From positions 273,826-337,825 of the forward strand of contig JAUJMR010000001.1 of the NCBI GenBank assembly GCA_030446765.1: 64,000 bases of DNA. Direction: 5' to 3'. The translations under genes were made by a program, and so were the position numbers. The notes under the pieces were generated by a model. It was not told the DNA's origin. It worked only from the letters and a program-made list of their open reading frames with translations, and ran no database searches. The DNA comes from Chloroflexia bacterium (GTDB lineage Bacteria > Chloroflexota > Chloroflexia > Thermobaculales > Thermobaculaceae). Below are positions 59,663 to 64,000 of the stretch, one piece after another. Position 1 is the stretch's first letter, and each line of letters begins with the position of its first letter.

Positions 59663-59815
59663 CGCCAAGCCACCTCCCGCCACAGTGTACTCCTAAGCCC
59701 GAACTCGCGGCAAGAAGCGTCAGTCTTTAGGAACCGAAGCAACAGGCGCCTTTGGGTCGAGAAGTGGCGTACAATAGACGTAACGACCGCGGATCGGCAC
59801 GGAACAGGAGAGTGT

Positions 59816-60712
59816 ATGGCCACGACGCACTGGTGGCACCGACAAGGACACCGCGCGGAGACTGGATACCTGCTATCCGCTCTCGCTATCGCAGGTGCGT
59901 TCGGCGCCGCCTTGATCTCAGGATCTGGCAATGCGCCACTCGTTGGCGCTATCGAGGAGCTGTCATTCGGGTCGGGCTCGCTGATCCAGCGTGCGGGCGC
60001 GCTCCTTCCGTTCGGCTACGCGTTTGTACTTGGCATGGTCGCCGCCGTAAATCCATGCGGTTTCGCTCTCCTTCCCGTGTATCTCGGCTTCTACCTTGGG
60101 GACGGAGGGTCCCCTGATTCGGCCCGCTCGCGTGGCACATTGCTTCGAGCCGCACAGGTGAGTGTGATGGTCACCGCCGGATTTATCGTTCTCTTTGGCC
60201 TGATGGGGCTGGTTCTCAGTGTCGCCACAAGTGCGATCGCTGGCTACTTCCCGCTGCTAGGGCTACTCGTTGGTGTCGCGCTTGTGCTTACCGGTGGCAG
60301 GCTCATCGGCGGCGGTGTCCTGCAATCGCGACTCGGTGACCGGTTGGCGAGTCAGCTCAGTGGCACCACGCGCCAGGTGAGCAACCGCGGATATCTCGCA
60401 TACGGGTTGGCATACGGCGCTGCGTCCCTCGGGTGCACGCTGCCTCTATTTATGGCAGCAGTTGTCTTCCCGATCACTCGTGGTGGCTTCGGCGCAGGTA
60501 TCTCCCAGTTCCTGCTCTACGCACTCGGCATGGGTGCGGTGATCACCGCACTAACGTTGAGTACGGCGATCTTCAAGCGGGCAGCGGTTAGCCGGATCCG
60601 AAGGTTTGGCGGCTGGATCAGCAGCCTGAGTCCTGTTCTCCTGCTGCTGGCCGGTGCGTACGTGATCTACTACTGGCTCACACAGGGCGGGCTGCTCGAC
60701 CGGCTCGGCTAA
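59816..60712 (+). CDS. ccdA: Cytochrome c biogenesis / thiol-disulfide transporter CcdA (DsbD family)
   Basis: FVLGMVAAVNPCGFALLPVYLGFYLG and a second Cys-containing TM (GAASLGCTLPLF). AGGAGAG RBS. Confidence 0.8.
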   Translation: MATTHWWHRQGHRAETGYLLSALAIAGAFGAALISGSGNAPLVGAIEELSFGSGSLIQRAGALLPFGYAFVLGMVAAVNPCGFALLPVYLGFYLGDGGSPDSARSRGTLLRAAQVSVMVTAGFIVLFGLMGLVLSVATSAIAGYFPLLGLLVGVALVLTGGRLIGGGVLQSRLGDRLASQLSGTTRQVSNRGYLAYGLAYGAASLGCTLPLFMAAVVFPITRGGFGAGISQFLLYALGMGAVITALTLSTAIFKRAAVSRIRRFGGWISSLSPVLLLLAGAYVIYYWLTQGGLLDRLG

Positions 60713-60852
60713 CCCTCTTCTCAACTCCCATATCTATGGTCGTGCCCACTGGAATGGATTGAGGCGTGCCCGCGTTCTATCCTATGTGACGAAGACCACA
60801 GTGCGGCATGTTTGTTAACGACGTCGTGTAGACGTCTCGTAAAGGATGGCAA

Positions 60853-61110
60853 ATGACGAAAGAGCAACCGATCGTGATGTACAGCACCACCTGGTGTGGT
60901 GACTGTCACCGGGCGAAGCGCGTGTTCGACGAGCTCGACGCACCGTACAAAAACATCAACATCGAAACCGAAGCAGGCGCGGTCACGGACATGATGCGCC
61001 TCAACGGCGGGCGGCAATCCGTGCCGACGATCCTCTTTCCGGATGGCTCGGTGCTCGTTGAGCCCTCGAACCCAGAACTGATCCGACACCTCAAGGATCG
61101 CGCGGCTTAG
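60853..61110 (+). CDS. Mycoredoxin / glutaredoxin-like protein (CxxC = CGDC)
   Basis: IVMYSTTWCGDCHRAKRVFDEL...NGGRQSVPTILFPDGSVLVEPSNPEL. Colinear with mycobacterial mycoredoxin-1 as I recall it. Confidence 0.8.
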   Translation: MTKEQPIVMYSTTWCGDCHRAKRVFDELDAPYKNINIETEAGAVTDMMRLNGGRQSVPTILFPDGSVLVEPSNPELIRHLKDRAA

Positions 61111-61569
61111 AGCAGCCGCGAATGTTCAGAGATTGGGAATACCCGCCTAGGCGGGCGTTGCTGCTGCCTCGGCGGCGGTCAACACGACAGGTGCCAAACA
61201 GCAGCAAGACGCGAATGTCTGCAAAGTTCCTTCCGTATTATCGGGTAAGCGGCGAGGGTGGTTCCGTGCGCGATCTCGGTTCACTTGAACAAGCTACAAT
61301 CCCGCCTAAAGAATTGAGCCGAGGGTTCGATCGGCCGTGTCGCCTGTAGGGACGACCCACCGGATCGCCCGGTCTCCGGTCTCGCAATACCTGTCAGCTC
61401 GCATAGCATCGACTCGCCCCGCACCTCACCACCGTACCCTTGCCGAGAAGGGCAAGACCCGTACCCACGGCCGTAGGTCAATCACTCCCGAGGCCCGCCT
61501 CTTGGTCTCGGCCTATATCGTGCGGAGTTCTATGTCACGAAGTGTGCGACCGAAACAAGGAGATGCAGC

Positions 61570-62571
61570 GTGACAGTGAAAGTTGGACTGATAGGATGCG
61601 GCGGTATATCGGTACCCCACGCGGATGGCTACCTCAAGATCCCGGATGAGGCGCAGGTCACAGCCGTTTGCGATGTCGTCGAGGAAAACCGGACTCGAAT
61701 GGCGGACTACGTGGGTGGTGCTCGTCCGTTCGATTCTATAGAGGGGATGCTGTCGCAGTCTGACATCGATGCAGTGGACGTATGCCTGCCGCATCACCTG
61801 CACAAGGATGCGATTGTCGCCGCGGCGCGGGCTGGCAAGCACGTGTTGTGCGAGAAGCCGCTCTGCCTCACGCTCGAAGAAGCCAGCGAGATAGACTCGG
61901 TTGTTCGCGAAAGTGGCGTCACGCTAATGTGTGCCCATAACCAGTTGTTTTACCCCGCGGTACAGCAGGCCAAGGAACTCCTCGATTCGGGCACGCTTGG
62001 CCAGATCTACCAGGCACGGACGGTGGACACATTTTTCAACCGCGGTGTAGGGGCAAATGCCGGCTGGCGAGCTTCCCGAGCATTGGTTGGCGGCGGCGAG
62101 TTGATCGATACGGGCTACCATCCGACATACCTGCTGCTTCATCTTGCGAGCAGCGCTCCCATTGAGGTCGCGGCGATGCTTACACGCCACGCGCTTGCCA
62201 TTGAGGGAGAGGACTCCGGACAAGTTCTGGTCCGATTCGCGGACGGCATGGTTGGCAACATCGTGACGAGTTGGGCATACCCGCGACCGGCAGGCTGGTG
62301 GCAGTTCATGGTTGTCGGGGAGCATGGGCAGATGTACCGTCAGGGTGACGCGCTGCACCTGGAACTGCGGGACGCCGAGCCTCAAGTATTCGAGCACCCA
62401 AGTGTTCAGACGTTTCATCTCGAGATTGTTGACTACGTGCGGTGCATACGCGAAGGTCGCAGGCCAGTGAACACCCAGGAGGAAGGCACCAAGGTGCTGG
62501 AGGTGATTCTCGCAGCGTACAGGTCTGACGAGGAGAAGCGCATCATCAGCATCGGTGGCGCCGCAGCCTAG
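61570..62571 (+). CDS. Gfo/Idh/MocA family NAD(P)-dependent oxidoreductase
   Basis: VKVGLIGCGGIS, VLCEKPL and the typical C-terminal alpha/beta domain. GTG start after AAGGAGA. Confidence 0.85.
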   Translation: MTVKVGLIGCGGISVPHADGYLKIPDEAQVTAVCDVVEENRTRMADYVGGARPFDSIEGMLSQSDIDAVDVCLPHHLHKDAIVAAARAGKHVLCEKPLCLTLEEASEIDSVVRESGVTLMCAHNQLFYPAVQQAKELLDSGTLGQIYQARTVDTFFNRGVGANAGWRASRALVGGGELIDTGYHPTYLLLHLASSAPIEVAAMLTRHALAIEGEDSGQVLVRFADGMVGNIVTSWAYPRPAGWWQFMVVGEHGQMYRQGDALHLELRDAEPQVFEHPSVQTFHLEIVDYVRCIREGRRPVNTQEEGTKVLEVILAAYRSDEEKRIISIGGAAA

Positions 62572-62913
62572 TCGGCACCGCCCGCACGAACGGCTCTCTT
62601 CTGTCACTCGCGAGTACGCGGTACCAGTTGGGCTCTGTGCCAACGCCCTGAGCTTCCGTTGGCACGGATGGCCGCAACCTCGGCTGTGCCGGCTTTCCCC
62701 TGCAACTAACCACCCGACCTGCATGTGTCTGGTCTCGGAGTTCAGGGGCAGATTCGCTCAAACTCGCCATCTGCTACGCATGCGAGTAAAGGTCGCTATA
62801 ATCCATCGGATGGGGGAGCAAATCCACAGGTAACGTGCTCGCGTCGCCGAGCGTTAAGCGTATGAGCACATCCGTTAGCGAAGCTCGTCACGATGCAGCA
62901 GAGGGAGTCGAAA

Positions 62914-63873
62914 ATGAGGCCACCGCAGGACAGAGTGACACGACCACAGGTGAATGTTGGCCGGTGGGGACGGGGAGGCTGTGCCGGGCTGGCCGCGGCT
63001 GGCCTGCTCTTCCTGCTGCTCATATTCGGCATCTCGGGCTGGAACACTGTCGAGTCCGGCAAGGTTGGCGTTACACGTCGCTTCGGGGAGATTCAGAGCG
63101 TCAAAGGCGCCGGTGGTTTCTGGGCGCTGCCAATCGGGTTCTCAATGGTCGAATACGATCTGCGCGTCGTCAATACCTTAAGTCAGCAGCGGGCGGCCCT
63201 GAGCAACCAGCAGACGCTGTTTGTCAATAGCGCTGCCTACCAGTACAACCTCTCACCGCAAGCCGCGCAGTTACTGCAGGAGCGGATCGGTTCGCAGCAG
63301 ACCTTCGAGGAAAAGGTCGTCATCCCGAAGCTGCAGAACGCAATCAAGACGATCACTCCCCTGTATACCGCTGCCGAAGTTTTCCCGAAGCGCGCAGAAC
63401 TTGAGCAGAAAATGGAAGAGCGTCTATCTGCAGACCTGAAGGAATACAATATCGTGCCCGACAGCGTCGACATCACGTTGTCGGACATCGACTTCGATCC
63501 TGAATTCCGCAAGTCTATCGACGCGAAGGCCAAAGCGCAGCAGGAGCAGCAGGTCGAGCTAGCGAACCTCGAGAAGCTCAAGACGAAGAACCAGCAGGAG
63601 ATTCAGCAGACGCAGACCGACGCGCAGCGGGCACAGCTCGAGGCAGAGGGCAAGGCAAACGCGGCTCGCGAGGCGGCGCAGGGCGAAGCGGACTCGCTTA
63701 AGCTGCGAGCGGCAGCCGAGGCAGAGGCAAACACCCGAGTGAGCAAGACGGTCACCCCAGAGCTTATCAATTACCGATACGCTCAGCAGTGGAACGGGCA
63801 ACTGCCTTCCACGCAGATCGGCCAGGGGAGTGGTGTCGGAGCACTTCTCCAGATCCCAGCGAACGACAAATAG
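62914..63873 (+). CDS. SPFH/band-7 (prohibitin-like) membrane protein with a C-terminal coiled coil
   Basis: N-terminal TM, VESGKVGVTRRFGEI..., EFRKSIDAKAKAQQEQQ..., and an Ala/Gln/Glu-rich coiled coil. ATG 62914 after AGGGAG (alternative ATG 62893). Confidence 0.8.
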   Translation: MRPPQDRVTRPQVNVGRWGRGGCAGLAAAGLLFLLLIFGISGWNTVESGKVGVTRRFGEIQSVKGAGGFWALPIGFSMVEYDLRVVNTLSQQRAALSNQQTLFVNSAAYQYNLSPQAAQLLQERIGSQQTFEEKVVIPKLQNAIKTITPLYTAAEVFPKRAELEQKMEERLSADLKEYNIVPDSVDITLSDIDFDPEFRKSIDAKAKAQQEQQVELANLEKLKTKNQQEIQQTQTDAQRAQLEAEGKANAAREAAQGEADSLKLRAAAEAEANTRVSKTVTPELINYRYAQQWNGQLPSTQIGQGSGVGALLQIPANDK

Positions 63874-63909
63874 CCGTCTGAGCACGATACGAAAGGTCTA
63901 GGGTAACCG

Positions 63910-64000
63910 ATGAGGGGTGCGGTTCTATACTTCCTGATCTTTGGCGTTGGGTTTGGCGGTGTATTCTGGTTCGTGCTCGACTACATTCGGCACTTGCGCA
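63910..64000 (+). CDS. Partial hypothetical membrane protein (5' end only; runs off the window)
   Basis: ATG 63910, hydrophobic MRGAVLYFLIFGVGFGGVFWFVLDYI..., open to the window end. Confidence 0.3.
   Translation, partial: MRGAVLYFLIFGVGFGGVFWFVLDYIRHLR

Noticed and set aside
61321-61380. A tRNA-like T-arm (GGTTCGATC at about 61324-61332) and a B12-box-like string (minus strand AGACCGGAGACCGGGC, about 61361-61380).
   Set aside because: No acceptor, D or anticodon stems can be built around the GGTTCGA. The rest of the cobalamin riboswitch core (GGGAA, GCCACUG region) is missing, and the downstream gene has no B12 link.
1-64000. Looked for CRISPR arrays, rRNA, tRNA, tmRNA, RNase P, SRP RNA, intact IS elements, integrases, restriction-modification and toxin-antitoxin pairs.
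   Set aside because: I found no regularly spaced short repeats, no conserved RNA core sequences and no intact transposase or integrase ORFs by eye. The only mobile-element hint is the degraded fragment at 14750-15400, reported as a finding. A covariance-model scan is still needed to exclude small RNAs.

Overview
High-GC (roughly 60%), gene-dense chromosomal window with about 55 protein-coding genes. I found no rRNA, tRNA, CRISPR array or intact mobile element by eye. The gene set is that of a monoderm high-GC bacterium: an LPXTG-anchored protein, a mycoredoxin-like thiol protein, an LLM-family oxidoreductase and near-leaderless starts. That fits Chloroflexota/Thermomicrobia or Actinomycetota, and I cannot decide between them from sequence alone.

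Main content:
- Core metabolism: malate synthase A, a GH1 glycosidase, a CUT1-type sugar ABC operon, murA, a cyclophilin, threonine aldolase, an M3 oligoendopeptidase, lgt and a YghZ-like aldo-keto reductase.
- Other enzymes: a GT1 glycosyltransferase, an LLM oxidoreductase, two class-A beta-lactamase-fold proteins, a ferredoxin, proline dehydrogenase and an NCS2 purine permease.
- Also an ABC-F ATPase, NDH-2, a FolK-FolE2 fusion, a cysI/siroheme cluster, a molybdopterin oxidoreductase, a two-component module, CcdA with mycoredoxin, and an SPFH protein.

The dominant technical feature is that at least 15 otherwise well-conserved genes are broken by 1-nt indels, mostly inside short homopolymer runs. 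An essential gene (lgt) is among them. I read this as assembly or sequencing error rather than genome decay, and I stitched the ORF-track fragments accordingly. These genes are typed pseudogene only because the frame is broken as given.

Best candidates for something new:
- A four-gene minus-strand cluster of three zinc-ribbon proteins plus a large GlmL-like actin-fold ATPase (33167-36470).
- An 807-aa protein combining four RpoA alpha-CTD-like HhH modules, a sigma-70 region 4 and two HARE-HTH-like modules (40061-42484).
- A histidine kinase operon whose receiver and HtrA-like partner have both lost their canonical catalytic or phospho-chemistry residues (55885-58892).
- A GH1 enzyme whose nucleophile Glu is replaced (ITENG becomes VGQDG).
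- A 1.45-kb gene-free gap full of nested direct repeats (14264-15719).

All homology statements come from by-eye motif recognition. No searches were run.
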